This document shows positions 18,126-30,271 of a stretch of DNA of 45,691 nt, in pieces. Both the position numbers and the translations under genes were made by a program. Within the stretch, counting starts at the first letter, position 1. Every line of letters starts with the position of its first letter. Under the pieces are notes generated by a model. That model was given only the letters and a program-made list of their open reading frames with translations. It did not search any database and was not told where the DNA came from. Source of the stretch: an uncultured Nitrososphaerota archaeon. GTDB taxonomy: Archaea > Thermoproteota > Nitrososphaeria > Nitrososphaerales > CADDZS01. Location of the stretch: assembly GCA_963799845.1 (NCBI GenBank), contig CAWCYI010000009.1, positions 1-45,691 of the forward strand. Reading direction: 5' to 3'.

Positions 18126-18841
18126 ATGCGCATCAAACGAGTAGTTGATTTGAGTCAAACACTCTACAATGGAATGCCTAGTTGGCAGACGAATCCAGAT
18201 TCTCAAATACGAGCCGATAAAGAAGGCAGCTCGGGATATATTCAACGTGACAGTTATCAATCAAATGCACATGCACGCAGGAGCCCATGTAGATGTACCT
18301 CTACACTCTGTTCAAGAAGGAAAAACTGTAGAGCAGTACCCAATTGATCGATATATAGGGGAAGGTGTCGTCCTCGATTTCAGAAGGAAAAGACCAGCTG
18401 AAGAGATCACAGAAGAAGACATCAGGATTTACGAAGACTCGATATCGGATGAAGATGTGGTGATGCTTTGCACCGATTGGTCCAAGAAAAGAGGATACAA
18501 CTCCGACTATCTGTACAAATGGCCCTATCTGGGTGTCCCTGCTTGCAATTTTTTGGCCGAAAGGAAAGTGAAAGTCTGTTGGAACAGAAGGTTTGAGCAT
18601 AGCTGGGTGGACGGGAAATGTTCCAGCTCAGGGACCTGTCACGAAAGCGTCCTCTGCCGATATACATAACGCGTTACTCGAGAAAGACATCCTGATAATC
18701 GAGGGCCTCAGCAATCTTAGTGATATATTACAGGATGAAAAAACAGCAAGGGCATTGTTCGTTTTTACACCTCTAAACTTCGTAGGATCGGAAGCTGCGC
18801 CGTGCCGCGCGTTTGCATTAGTGCATGACGATACCGTGTGA
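18126..18841 (+). CDS. Cyclase-family (kynurenine formamidase-like) metal-dependent hydrolase; two frameshifts
   Basis: VVDLSQTL..GMP, HMHAGAHVDVPLH, GEGVVLD, H..LL..DILIIEGL, PL...GSEAAPCRA. Confidence 0.85.
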
Positions 18842-18858
18842 GAATCAAATTCGTGCGA

Positions 18859-20325
18859 CTACTTTTTATCATCGCTTTCTAACTGCCACTTTATACCATC
18901 TTTGGCTACGAACTCTGCTGCCTCCTTGGGCCCCCACGTTCCCGGTTTGTAGCTATGAAGTTCAGGGTTTCCCTTCACTTGGTTTGCTATGATTGGGTCA
19001 ACGAAGGACCAGGCTGATTCAATTTCGTCGCTCCGCGCAAAAAGGGAAGGATCCCCGTGAATCGCATCCAGTAGAAGGCGCTCGTATGCATCGGGAAGGA
19101 CATGTTCACCATAGCGAAACCTCATGTCCGCGGAGATCGTCTCCATTCCCATACCGGGCTTTCGAGTTTCAAATTGAAGTTGTAGCCCTTCATCAGGATC
19201 TATGCAAAGGACAATGCGATTTGGTTTGACGTTTGCATCTTCAGGAAAGAGCAAGAGTGGAACCCGTTTGAACTGGATAATTATCTCTGTTGTCTTTTCA
19301 GCCAGTTCCTTTCCAGTTCGCACGATAAAGGGCACGCCTTGCCAACGCCAATTATCCACGTACATCTTCAAAGCTACAAAAGTCGGAGTATGGGAATCTC
19401 TTGCGACGCCTTCTTCTTTTTTATAGCCAGCGTACTGACCCCATATGGTATCTTCAGCAGGAACACGATGCCGGAAAGCCTTTAGTACTTTCACCTTTTC
19501 GTCTCGCAACATCTTTTCGTTGAAAGCCGCCGGAGGTTCCATTGCTATTAGGGCGATTAGCTGCAGCAAATGGTTTTGCAGCATGTCGCGCCCCACTCCA
19601 GCTTTGTCATAGTAGCCCGCCCGGTGTTCTACCCCGACTATTTCGGCGACAGTGACCTGGATATTGTCGACATAATTTCGATTCCAGAGCGGTTCAAATA
19701 TCGCATTCGCAAACCTAAACGTCAGAATATTTTGTACTGTCTCCTTTCCTAGATAGTGATCGATGCGAAAGATCTGGCTTTCATCAAATTCAGAATGTAG
19801 CTCGTCATTGAGCAAACGTGCGGTCTTTAGATCTCGTCCGAACGGCTTTTCGATTACGATGTCGCGCTTTCCCGCATTCTGTTTGTTCAGCCCTGCCTTC
19901 CCGAGCTGCTTTATGACCGGCCGATAAACGCTCGGCGGAGTCGCAAGATAAAATAGATAATTTACCTCATCTACGGAACCGCCATCGAGTTGTGAGAGTT
20001 TTTCTTTGAGATTGACATAGGTCTTGGGATCGTCATATTCTCCCTGTAGATAGTGGAGGCGCTTTGAGAATTCTTTCCACTCTACAGAATCTTTCGGCTT
20101 TATCCGCGAGTATTTCTTAATGCCCTGATGCACTTTTTCTCTGAAAGAATTGTCATCAAATTCGCTGCGTGCGACTCCGACTAGCTCGAATTGCTTTGGA
20201 AGGAGATCCTCTGAATTTAGGCTGTAGAGTGCAGGCACAACCTTCCTGTTTGTCAGATCGCCGGAGGCACCGAATACGACTATGACAAGTCTGTCCGGGC
20301 TGGAGACCTTCTTCACTTCATTCAT
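18859..20325 (-). CDS. zwf: Glucose-6-phosphate 1-dehydrogenase (bacterial type)
   Basis: [54 protein letters not shown]. Confidence 0.97.
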   Translation of the reverse strand: MNEVKKVSSPDRLVIVVFGASGDLTNRKVVPALYSLNSEDLLPKQFELVGVARSEFDDNSFREKVHQGIKKYSRIKPKDSVEWKEFSKRLHYLQGEYDDPKTYVNLKEKLSQLDGGSVDEVNYLFYLATPPSVYRPVIKQLGKAGLNKQNAGKRDIVIEKPFGRDLKTARLLNDELHSEFDESQIFRIDHYLGKETVQNILTFRFANAIFEPLWNRNYVDNIQVTVAEIVGVEHRAGYYDKAGVGRDMLQNHLLQLIALIAMEPPAAFNEKMLRDEKVKVLKAFRHRVPAEDTIWGQYAGYKKEEGVARDSHTPTFVALKMYVDNWRWQGVPFIVRTGKELAEKTTEIIIQFKRVPLLLFPEDANVKPNRIVLCIDPDEGLQLQFETRKPGMGMETISADMRFRYGEHVLPDAYERLLLDAIHGDPSLFARSDEIESAWSFVDPIIANQVKGNPELHSYKPGTWGPKEAAEFVAKDGIKWQLESDDKK

Positions 20326-20390
20326 CGGTTTCCCACCGTGCGCTGGCAAGGCGAGCAAAAATCGGCCGGGAAACCAAGGCCCAGCCTATC

Positions 20391-21302
20391 TTACTCATGC
20401 TTTACTTCGTGGCCGCCGAATTCATTTCGCAAGGCTGCAAGGAGCTTTGCTTCATAACTTTCTGATTGCCTGCTCTCAATACGTCTAATCAAAGACAGAG
20501 TGATGATTGGCGAAGGGACGTTTTCATTCAACGCTTCGATTGCAGTCCATCGGCCTTCACCGGAATCTGCGACCCAGCCTTTGATATCATTGAGATCTGG
20601 ATCCTTTGAAAGGATGTCAGCGATAAGGTCAAGGAGCCATGATTTCACCACGCTACCATATCTCCAGATTTCCGAGACTTGATGGAGATCTAAGTCGAAC
20701 TCTTTCTTTGCCTTGAGGATCTCAAATCCTTCGGCGTATGATTCCATCATGCCATATTCTATTCCATTATGTACCATCTTGACGTAGTGACCAGAACCGG
20801 CCAACCCGACGTGCCCCCACCCCTTGTCCGGACCGGGTGCAAGGGTCGCAAAAATGGGTCGCAGCCGCTCAACAGGCCCATCATCGCCGCCGATCATCAT
20901 GCTGTATCCATCCACGAGTCCCCACGTTCCGCCGCTCGTTCCTACGTCGATAAAGTCGAGCCCTTTTGCCTTTATTTTCTCTGCCCTGCGAAGCGAGTCA
21001 GTATAGTGCGAGTTTCCGCCGTCGATGATGAGATCGCCCTTTGAAAGGACTCCGAGCAAATCATCTATCATCTTTTCAGTGGCGTCCCCTGAGGGAACCA
21101 TCACCCAAACAGCTCTTGGCTGGCTGAGTTTCTTTACCATCTCCTCGAGCGTACCTACGGCAGTGATATTATCTTCCTCCTTTTCAAGAGCGTATGCCTT
21201 CTCAGCGGTGCGGTTATAAACGACGACTGTGTGCGCGTTGCGAGCCAGCCTACGGGCAATGTTTGCACCCATGCGCCCTAAACCGATTATGCCTATTTCC
21301 AT
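20391..21302 (-). CDS. gnd: 6-phosphogluconate dehydrogenase, decarboxylating (short type)
   Basis: GLGRMG, IDGGNS, DVGTSGG, GHYVKMVHNGIEYG, DSGEGRW, LRNEFGGH. Confidence 0.96.
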   Translation of the reverse strand: MEIGIIGLGRMGANIARRLARNAHTVVVYNRTAEKAYALEKEEDNITAVGTLEEMVKKLSQPRAVWVMVPSGDATEKMIDDLLGVLSKGDLIIDGGNSHYTDSLRRAEKIKAKGLDFIDVGTSGGTWGLVDGYSMMIGGDDGPVERLRPIFATLAPGPDKGWGHVGLAGSGHYVKMVHNGIEYGMMESYAEGFEILKAKKEFDLDLHQVSEIWRYGSVVKSWLLDLIADILSKDPDLNDIKGWVADSGEGRWTAIEALNENVPSPIITLSLIRRIESRQSESYEAKLLAALRNEFGGHEVKHE

Positions 21303-21320
21303 TATTCCCTTCTACTTCCT

Positions 21321-24175
21321 CTATTTTTCTTTCTCATTATCCCTAACCGTAAGATGGTTTTTTTCATCTCTGACTTCCAATTCTTTCGACAAAAGCGCTT
21401 TGTCCAAATATGAGAGACCCTTCCCAACATCCTTGCCGAGGTCGATCCGAATAAGCTGCCTTCCTTTCCCAAGAAGTGCCCTGCGATCGCCCATGGCGGC
21501 GGCCCTCTTTAGCACGCCAAAACTCACTGAAGATTTGGATGAGCCGGCATCGTCTGGGACCGGAACATTCTGCTGATCGTCGCATGTGAACTGGATGAAG
21601 AGGCCCAGCCCCGCATCGCCCTTTTGTTCTTGCCCCGTAGAATGAAGATAACGCGGGCCATATCCCAGCGTCGTCGCAATTTTGAACCTGTCGCGCAGGG
21701 AAGTACGGATCGATTCAAGAGCATTTCCGGATTCAGGCGTCTGTTGAAGATACGGTTGAAGCGTGATGTACGATCCTTTCTGTTTTCCCTTCTCTACAAA
21801 TGAGAGTACAGCTTCAGCCGGATTATTCGAAGAGACCTTCCCGTAAAGACTCATGCCTTCCGCAGTCAGAGATGGAGCTTCGGGAGGAAATGTCCCCTTT
21901 TCGATGTAGGAAGACACGATCTCCTTCGAGAGTTGTTTTGCCGATTCTACGTCGGGTTGGTCGAACGGATTGATTCCCAAGATGTGGCCGGCAATTGCAG
22001 TCGCAAATTCCCAGAGGAAAAATTGCTTGCCTATCTCGTATCGATCTCGTATAGTCAGGCGAACAACAGGATGTCCTGCTGCTTCAAGATCTGAAACCGC
22101 ACTGTCGTACTTCTTGTCTTTCCCTTCTTTCATATAGACAAACAGACGATCGGCGCCGTAGACTTGCGGGGAACCGACCGGCTCGCGCACTATGGGGAGT
22201 ATGCCCTTTCCGTTCTTGCCCGTGCTTTCGGCGATGAGTTGCTCAATCCAATCGCAGAGGCTCTCAACCGAGGGAGAAGCTATGAGAGTCAGTTTGTTTC
22301 GGCCTGACACCGCAAGCTGTCCGATAGTTGCCCCAAGCCTTGCTCCTGGATTATCCTTTATGTGAACGCATGATTCGCAGGTGGAAGCCGCCGTCATCGC
22401 GTTGTCCAGAAGCCGAAGGATGTCCACGCCTGTAAGCGCTGCCGGAACGAGTCCAAAGTACGAGAGTGCAGAATATCGGCCGCCGAGGTTTGGGTCGTTT
22501 AGGAATTTAGTTCGAAAGTGATACTTTTCTGAAATTTTCTCGAGTTCGCTTCCCGCGTCTGTAATCGTAACAAAATGCTGACCAGCATTTTCTTGCCCAA
22601 ATGCCTCCGACACCTTGTTGTAGAAGTACTTGAACAAGGAAATAGTCTCAACTGTTTTGCCCGACTTTGAGGATACGATGAATAGCGTCTTCTCAAGATC
22701 CAGCCTATTGGCAAATGCCAAGATCGTGCTGGGATCCGTGGTGTCGAGTACCCGATACGCTGGAGGAATCCTTCTTCTACGCCAAATGTCTTTGCAAAAG
22801 TTTGCGGAGCAAGGCTAGAACCCCCCATCCCCATTAGAAGCGCATGCTCGTAACCCGCTGCCCTAACCGAATCAACCAGGCCTTCCAATTGATGGATATT
22901 TTCTTCCATAACCTCAGAGATTTCAAGCCAACCAAGACGGTTCGTGATCTCTTCAGGTCCCGAACTCCAAACCGTATAGTCGTGGTTCCAGATGCGACGC
23001 ACAATGCTGTCTGAAGAGAGGTCGTTCAGGGCTGAATCAACCTGGTCTTGATACGGGCCCAGACTGGGCGGTACCAGGTAAGGTTCCGCGACGAATCGCT
23101 CGCGCTTTTGTGCGATTTTTTCAAACAGTGTTTCAATGGACTTCGTAAAGCTTGATACGCCCTCGTCTTCAAGCTCCACCATTATTTTGTCAAAATCTAC
23201 GCCTCTCTCAGACAAGAGATTAATTTCGTCCCTCGCCTCGTCGACTCCGATTTCAAGAGTGTCAGCAGCTTTACCATGATTCAGTAGTGCTTTCAAAGTC
23301 GCAGGTGGAACAGTGTTGACTGTATTCGGGCCAATCAGATTATCCACATACATCGTGTCAGAGTACGAGGGGTTCTTCGTACTTGTACTGGCCCACAGGA
23401 CACGCTGGACTCTCGCACCCTTCGACTTTAGGCGATCCCATCTCTCTCCACTGAATATCTCCTTGAACTTTGCATAGGCAATCTTGGCATTTGCGATTCC
23501 GATCTTACCTTGAAGTCTCTTTTCCCCTTTCTCATCCAAGGCCTTGTCCACTTTGGTGTCAACGCGGCTAACAAAAAATGAAGCCACTGATGCGATCCTG
23601 CTCAGGTCCTTTCGAGTCTCGGACAGTTTTTCAAGTCCAGAGATGTAGGCCTCAGCCGCTTTAGCGTATTGCGACTGGGAAAAGATCAGCGTGACATTGA
23701 CGTTGATCCCTTCACTTATCAAAGCCTTGATCGCAGGGAAGCCAGCCTCTGTCGCCGGGATCTTGATCATAACATTAGGTCGATTAAGTGCCTGGAAGTA
23801 CCTCCTTCCCTCATCTATCATTCCTCTGGCGTTATTAGCAAGTTTGGGATCTACCTCAATGCTAACGAAACCGTCTGCTCCATCGAGATCATCATATGTT
23901 GCACGGAATAGGTCAGCAGTTCTTGTAATGTCTTCGAAAATCAGCGCTTCATATATTTCTGGTTCTGACTTTTTCTCAGCTACTAGTCGTCTCAGATCGG
24001 TATCATAGTCTGTGCTGCCCGAAATGGCTTTTTCAAAGATGGTAGGATTCGAAGTGACTCCCCGAAGACCTTCATCAATAAGCTCTTTCAGTTCCCCAGA
24101 GGTGATGAAAGATCGTCTAAGATAGTCGTACCAGATGGACTGACCTAATTTTGTAAAATCTTGTATTTGCGCCAA
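21321..24175 (-). CDS. tal-pgi: Bifunctional transaldolase/phosphoglucose isomerase; frameshift near 22755
   Basis: GQSIWYD, GVTSNPTIF, MIKIPAT, SVASFFVSRVD, LWASTSTKNP; then GMGGSSL, SSKSG, GGRYS, EQLIAESTGK, INPFDQPDVE. Confidence 0.93.
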
Positions 24176-24195
24176 TTTTTGCCGTCAACTCACAA

Positions 24196-26234
24196 TTAAT
24201 CTGTATTCTTCTTTCTTTTCATTACGTCCTTTGCTACCTGAACAACGTGCTCGGGTGTGAAACCGAATTTCACAAAGAGCACCTCGGCCGGTGCACTTTT
24301 ACCGAATCCATCTATGCCCACGACAGCCCCGTCGAGCCCGACATAGTGTTCCCATCCTCAGCTTGATTCCAGCTTCGACTGCTAGACGTGACCTAACCTT
24401 TGAAGGAAGAATGGCTTCTCGATAGTCCTCTGTTTGTTTGTCGAAGAGCTCCCAGCTCGGCATCGAGACAACGCGAGAAGAGCGACCTTCTTGAGCGAGT
24501 TTCTTCCCAGCCTCGAGTGCCACGTGAACCTCGGAACCTGTCGCGATCAAGATAATGTCTGGCACCTTCCCGCTTTCTGACTCCCAGAGGACATATCCTC
24601 CGTGCTTCAGCTCCTCAGATTTGGCATACACACTCCGGTCAATTAGAGGCAAATTTTGTCTGCTTAGAATCAGTGTCGTTGGGCCCTTGTTGTTGCGCAT
24701 CGCCATCCGCCATGCCCAAACAGTCTCAGTCGCATCTGAAGGCCTGATAACCGTCAGGTTCGGGACTGCCCTTAGTCCCATCAACTGTTCAATGGGTTGA
24801 TGTGTCGGACCATCTTGACCGAGTCCTATGCTATCGTGGCTGAAGATGTAGATTACCCGTATTCCCATCATAGCGGCGAGCCTCATTGGAGGTCTCATAT
24901 AATCAGAGAATGTGAGAAAGGTCGCAGTGTACGGAATGATTCCCCCGTGAAGAGCCATGCCACCCGCGATGGCTCCCATTGAATGCTCCCGCACTCCGAA
25001 ATGGATGTTATTACCGGCATATTCATGCAAACCGAAATCACCATAACCGAATAGGGTTGTCTTTGTGCTGCCTTCAAGATCAGCCGACCCTCCTATCAGG
25101 GCGTGGACGTGCTTTACTAGAGCGTTGAGAACTTTACCTGAGGCATCCCTAGTCGCCATATCCTCTGTGCCAGGAGGGAAGAGATCATCAAGTCCTTCCT
25201 CCCAATTTGATGGAAGGTCTCCGCTAATCTGGACTTTGAGCTGCTCACTGAGATCTGGATACTTTGAGGAGTAATCCGAAAGCATACGTTCCCACTCGTC
25301 CTCGGCTTTCTTTCCTCTCAGCTATAGCCTTACGTGTGTTAGACAGTACATCGTCCGGCACGTAGAAAGTCTTGTCAAGAGGCCAGCCGGCCTTAGCCTT
25401 CGTCGACTTGACGGCCTCATCAGAAAGGGGATCACTGTGCATCTCTGAAGTCCCTTCATCGGGAGCACCGCGGCCTATGAGGGTGCTGCAAATGATTAGG
25501 GATGGTCGTTCTTTTTCCCTCTGCGCTCTGTGAATAGCCCCTTCAACAGAATCCGGTTCATCGCCACTGATCGGGCCAAGCACCTGCCAGCCATACGCGC
25601 TAAACCTCCGAGCGACATCTTCCCTAAAGTCGATGTCTGTACTCCCTCCGATTTGAGTGCCGTTGTCGTCGTAGAGATAGATTATCTTCCCGAGATGCAG
25701 CGTGCCGGCAAGGCTCGCCGCCTCACTTGCCACTCCTTCTTGTAAGTCACCATCTGACGCTATTCCGTAGGTGTAATGATCGAAAATATTGAAACCCTCG
25801 CGGTTGTACTGATCGGCAAGCCAGTCCTCTGCTATCGCCATTCCGATCCCATTAGCAAATCCCTGACCCAATGGGCCTGTCGTCACTTCGACACCAGGAG
25901 TAACTCCGTACTCGGGATGACCCGGAGTCTTGCTCCCCCACTCTCTAAAGTTTCGCAGTTCATCCAAGGAGAGATCGTAACCAGTAAGAAAGAGTAGAGA
26001 GTAAAGCAATGCAGAGGCATGACCCGGCGAAAGAATGAATCTGTCGCGATCTATCCAGCTAGGGTTTTTAGGATTGTGTCTTAGGATCCTGTTCCAGAGT
26101 GCATAGGTCATAGACGCCGCGCCCATCGGAGTCCCAGGATGCCCGGATTTTGCCTTCTGCACCATATCAAGTGATAAGAAACGGATCGTGTTGATGCAGC
26201 GCTGGTCCAGTTCGATATTTTCTTCGACTTGCAT
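24196..26234 (-). CDS. tkt: Transketolase (single-chain bacterial type); frameshifts near 25310 and 24360
   Basis: [64 protein letters not shown]; C-terminus FGKSAP...* ends at 24196. Confidence 0.95.
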
Positions 26235-26235
26235 T

Positions 26236-27294
26236 CTAACTTCGCACCTTTTCTTCTATGGCTAATTCCACTGACGGGCTCGCCATGTGCAGTCCATAAT
26301 GGGCTGCACCCAGAAGTGCAGCTCGAGGAGTTAGGATAATTCTTACAGGCATCCGAGAGAGAAGCTCTGACATCCTACCTTTTCTCAGAAACGATTTCAT
26401 GAATCTGCCATCAGTTAGGGCGGATCTGATTCGCGGCGGAATACCGCCACCAATGTACACGCCATTTGTAGCCAAGACCTTGAGTGCCAAGTTTGCTGCC
26501 TCTGCTCCCAAGATGGAGATGAAAATGTCCAACGTTTTCACACAGATTTCGCAATCTGGATCCTTAGAGAGCGCTGCGTGCGTAATGAGCGGTGCCTGGT
26601 CTTCGGATTCAGAAATTTCCTTTACGAGAAGTGAGCAAGATTCAGTGCGTGTTACCTTCTCATCATGAAGATATGAGAAAATTTCTTCCAGTCCGGGTCC
26701 TGAGCAAACATCTTCGTAACTGACATGCTTGAACTTTTGCTTAAGATATTCGAGGAGCCCTGCTTCAGAATCGCTAGTTGGCGCGAAATCACAGTGTCCC
26801 CCTTCCGATGCGTGCGAATCGTATCGGGTACCGTTCCAAGTAAGAAAGGCTTCTCCCAGTCCCGTACCAGGAGCTATCACGGCTATCGCGCCCTCAGTGA
26901 TAGATTTTCCTTCGTTCAGCAAAAGCGTTTCATCCCTCTTTAGAAATGGCACATAGTACGCGGTTGCTTGAACATCGTTTAACACGTGAACGCTCGAGAA
27001 ATCTAAGGCCTGCGCGAGCTCCTTCCCATCTATCACCCATGATAGATTCGTGATCTTTGAGCGTCCTCGAATAACCGGCCCAGCGACGCCGAAACAAGCA
27101 TGCTTTACGGATGCTCCGCTCTTTTCGAGAAATTCGCGGACCAGACGTTCGAAACTTGGGTATTCACTGCTAGAAAACGTGTCCTCGACGACGACGGAGA
27201 TAGATCCGTTGTTTAAGGAGAAAATAGCAAGCTTGGTTTTAGTACCGCCAATGTCACCGGCTAGTAATTGTATAGCAGAGTCCCCCTGAATCAC
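26236..27294 (-). CDS. glk: Glucokinase (bacterial Glk family)
   Basis: [45 protein letters not shown]. Confidence 0.95.
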   Translation of the reverse strand: MIQGDSAIQLLAGDIGGTKTKLAIFSLNNGSISVVVEDTFSSSEYPSFERLVREFLEKSGASVKHACFGVAGPVIRGRSKITNLSWVIDGKELAQALDFSSVHVLNDVQATAYYVPFLKRDETLLLNEGKSITEGAIAVIAPGTGLGEAFLTWNGTRYDSHASEGGHCDFAPTSDSEAGLLEYLKQKFKHVSYEDVCSGPGLEEIFSYLHDEKVTRTESCSLLVKEISESEDQAPLITHAALSKDPDCEICVKTLDIFISILGAEAANLALKVLATNGVYIGGGIPPRIRSALTDGRFMKSFLRKGRMSELLSRMPVRIILTPRAALLGAAHYGLHMASPSVELAIEEKVRS

Positions 27295-27726
27295 ATTTCA
27301 ATTTAGACGTTGACTTTCAGATTTGTCTTTCCCGAGCATTTTCCGGAAGAAGGCATCTCGGATATCATTACGCAAAGACACAAATTCTCATGATTCAATG
27401 GACTATGAAAGTTAGCTATTCGGCTGCTGCCTAGGTATTGGAAAAACATTGTGCATATTCGTTCGGAAATGACTAGAAAGAGCATTTGAAGAATCTTATA
27501 TGGATAAATAGACAGGCATCATCGCGAGCTGAAGTGGCCGAGACATTAGTCAAAAACGAATAGAAGCAAACGGCGAAAAGATATGCTTTCAAGATAGTAT
27601 GCAAAGCCGATGCCAAGCTTGGTCTCAATACATCACTGTAGAAAATTGCATCAAGACAAGTTGAGAATCGTTTATTTCTATAAAACAACGGGAATGCTAC
27701 ATAGAAAAATCTTGGAGGTCGCTACA

Positions 27727-28281
27727 ATGTCAGTTGAGTATGTCGTAACTCAACCAGTTTCAACGGTAGAAGCTACAATTCTCCAAAGCCAAAGAGAAGT
27801 GGGTCACCTTAGCCCCGAAGGAAAGGGATTATTCAAACTACTCGGAAATGAGAATCAATCATGGATGCTTTGCAATAGGGTAAATGGGGAAGTCAGACCC
27901 TTTTCAATGGCTGTCGTTTCCGGGATTGACAAAGATCTAGCACTGAATGCATCTGAGGAAGAATACGTTTTGAAAATTAAGGACAGCTTATTTCAGCACA
28001 GTGGGAGCTTTTATTGGTTCGGGGGAATACCAGAAGGAAGACCAGTTAAAGCACATCTCATCGGCTCAAAGATTATCTGTAGATTAGTGAATTTCCCATT
28101 TTCAAATGTCGACGACGTGGACGAAGAGACGAAACACCAACTAAAGAGATATCGTGGAATTTACGTAGGAGATTTCTTTGGTCTCGGATCGAGTGGTTTC
28201 CATTTGAAACTTAATAATGAGCTGAAGGATATTGGACTGCCGTTGGCAGCCTCTTCTTATCTTCTATATTCTACACGATGA
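27727..28281 (+). CDS. Hypothetical protein
   Basis: Long ORF; the ATG at 27727 is the likeliest start; co-oriented with the next gene. Confidence 0.6.
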   Translation: MSVEYVVTQPVSTVEATILQSQREVGHLSPEGKGLFKLLGNENQSWMLCNRVNGEVRPFSMAVVSGIDKDLALNASEEEYVLKIKDSLFQHSGSFYWFGGIPEGRPVKAHLIGSKIICRLVNFPFSNVDDVDEETKHQLKRYRGIYVGDFFGLGSSGFHLKLNNELKDIGLPLAASSYLLYSTR

Positions 28282-28335
28282 AAAAGGATCTCACATGTAT
28301 AATCGCGCTTATGAATAAAGAGTAATAATGAGTGA

Positions 28336-29829
28336 ATGAGTTTGAGTACGCAAGTCTCACCAGATCGAGTAGGCCCCTTTCCGTTCCCGAAATCCGAACC
28401 GGATAAAAGGAAAAATGATTTTTCTGAAGTCAAAATTCCATATACACGACTAGAGGTAATCGAAGAAGCAAAGCGGTGTCTATTGTGCGGAACACCGGTA
28501 TGCATCGACGCTTGCCCCGTGCAGATGGATGTTCGTGGAATGTGTGAAGCGGTTGCGAGGGACGACATGAAAACTGCTCATGATAGGATCAGGGATACCA
28601 ACGCCCTTCTTGGTGTCACGGCAAGGTGTTGTCCACAGTTGATGGGACTCTGTGAGGACGCCTGTGTAATGCGATGGGGTGGACAGCCTATCTCAATTGG
28701 GATGATACAGGGATATGTCTCTGACTGGGAGCGCACCGAATCAAGACAGCCAGACCTTGAGAGAGGAAAAGATACAGAGAAGAAAGTTTCAATAGTTGGA
28801 GCCGGTCCCGCTGGACTAGCCGCGGCTTCGTTACTGAGGAGATACGGGCATTCCGTAACAATGTACGAGGAATCCGACACTCCTGGCGGGACAGTCTGGT
28901 ATGGAATCCCAGATTATCACTTACCAAAAGATGTTCTACTTTACGAGATCCAAAGAGTAAAGGATCAAAGTGTCGAGATTCAGACTGGTATCAAAGTAGG
29001 CAGGGATATTTCCCTTTCACAGCTACTCTCCGAGTCGGATGCTGTATTGGTCACCACAGGCCCAAAAGATATTACCAAGCTTGATACCCCTGGCGTAGAT
29101 CTGAAAGGAGTCCATGACGGCTATCACTTCTTGGAAGAAGTTTTCATGAATGGTGTGGAGAGTTACCTCAAGAACCCCAAATATGATCTTGGGAAAGAAA
29201 TCATTGTGGTGGGCGGCGGGGATACCGCACTTGACGACTCTCGAACGGCGAAGAGACTCTCCAAGGGAAACGTGACTGTGGTTTACCGGAGAACGGAAAA
29301 TGAGATGCACTCCGATCCGATAATGGTCGAGGAAGCTAGGGAGGAAGGAATAGAGTTCAAGTTCTTGGCAGATCCGAAATCATTCGAGGGCAAAGATGGA
29401 AAACTAGATTCTGTCGTAATGAATACGATGAAGCTAGGTGAACCCGATTCTACGGGTAGGAGAAAACCAGAGCCCGTGCCGGGTCAAGAATTTGTCGTGA
29501 AATGTGATAGCGTGCTTTTGGCAGTGGGGCGCGGACCAAATTCATTCTTGCAGAAAAAGGAGGGGTTGAAAATGGGCAAGAAAAATTCGATTGCGATTGA
29601 CGATCGTCACAAAACTTCGATGGCAGGAGTTTTTGCTGGAGGAGACGTTACAACGGGAGAGACGCTCGTTGTAAGAGCGATGGGGTCTGGAAGAGATTCA
29701 GCTCAAAGGATACACGAGTATCTCATGAATTTGGAGGACAAGCACGTATCCCTGTATCAGAGGTACTTTCTTGAAGGATCTTTAGAACTCTTGATGAAGG
29801 ATAAGGAAGGCGGGCCTCCTCCACCCTAA
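28336..29829 (+). CDS. GltD/SudA/NfnB-like FAD/NADPH oxidoreductase with an N-terminal Fe-S domain
   Basis: EAKRCLLCGTPVCIDACPV, RCCPQ...CEDAC, VGAGPAGL, YGIPDYHLP, VVGGGDTALD, YRR, GVFAGGD. Confidence 0.92.
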   Translation: MSLSTQVSPDRVGPFPFPKSEPDKRKNDFSEVKIPYTRLEVIEEAKRCLLCGTPVCIDACPVQMDVRGMCEAVARDDMKTAHDRIRDTNALLGVTARCCPQLMGLCEDACVMRWGGQPISIGMIQGYVSDWERTESRQPDLERGKDTEKKVSIVGAGPAGLAAASLLRRYGHSVTMYEESDTPGGTVWYGIPDYHLPKDVLLYEIQRVKDQSVEIQTGIKVGRDISLSQLLSESDAVLVTTGPKDITKLDTPGVDLKGVHDGYHFLEEVFMNGVESYLKNPKYDLGKEIIVVGGGDTALDDSRTAKRLSKGNVTVVYRRTENEMHSDPIMVEEAREEGIEFKFLADPKSFEGKDGKLDSVVMNTMKLGEPDSTGRRKPEPVPGQEFVVKCDSVLLAVGRGPNSFLQKKEGLKMGKKNSIAIDDRHKTSMAGVFAGGDVTTGETLVVRAMGSGRDSAQRIHEYLMNLEDKHVSLYQRYFLEGSLELLMKDKEGGPPPP

Positions 29830-29965
29830 CTTTTCATCTTCATCATCTAGTCAGGTCTCAAAATAGTTGAGATGTATTCAAACCCCGGAAATCTTGGAGT
29901 AATCAGTCAAATTCTGATAATAAGACCCAAATATAGAGTTCGTTTTTCACTGTCTGATAACTATT

Positions 29966-30271
29966 ATGATTTGTGACAAATGCAACAAAACAATAGAAGC
30001 ACCTAGCAAAGTATCTTGGATATGCCCTGACTGTAAGAATGATCTCCTTTCTCAGGGAACAGAATATGATCCTGATTTATGTGATTCAACCATACGTGAA
30101 AATTCGACTTGTGATAATTGCAAAAAAGGGATCATGAATTACAGAAAACTAGAACGTCCTGTGTTTGTGTGCGATTCGTGTGGGCATTATCATCATCATA
30201 TATTTGGGAACGATAGTGGAATCGGAGAAGATAAGGTGAATGTCTCGCCCTCTTTTACAACCGAAAAGTAG
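29966..30271 (+). CDS. Small multi-CxxC zinc-finger protein
   Basis: CDKC, CPDC, CDNC, CDSC plus HYHHH. Confidence 0.65.
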   Translation: MICDKCNKTIEAPSKVSWICPDCKNDLLSQGTEYDPDLCDSTIRENSTCDNCKKGIMNYRKLERPVFVCDSCGHYHHHIFGNDSGIGEDKVNVSPSFTTEK

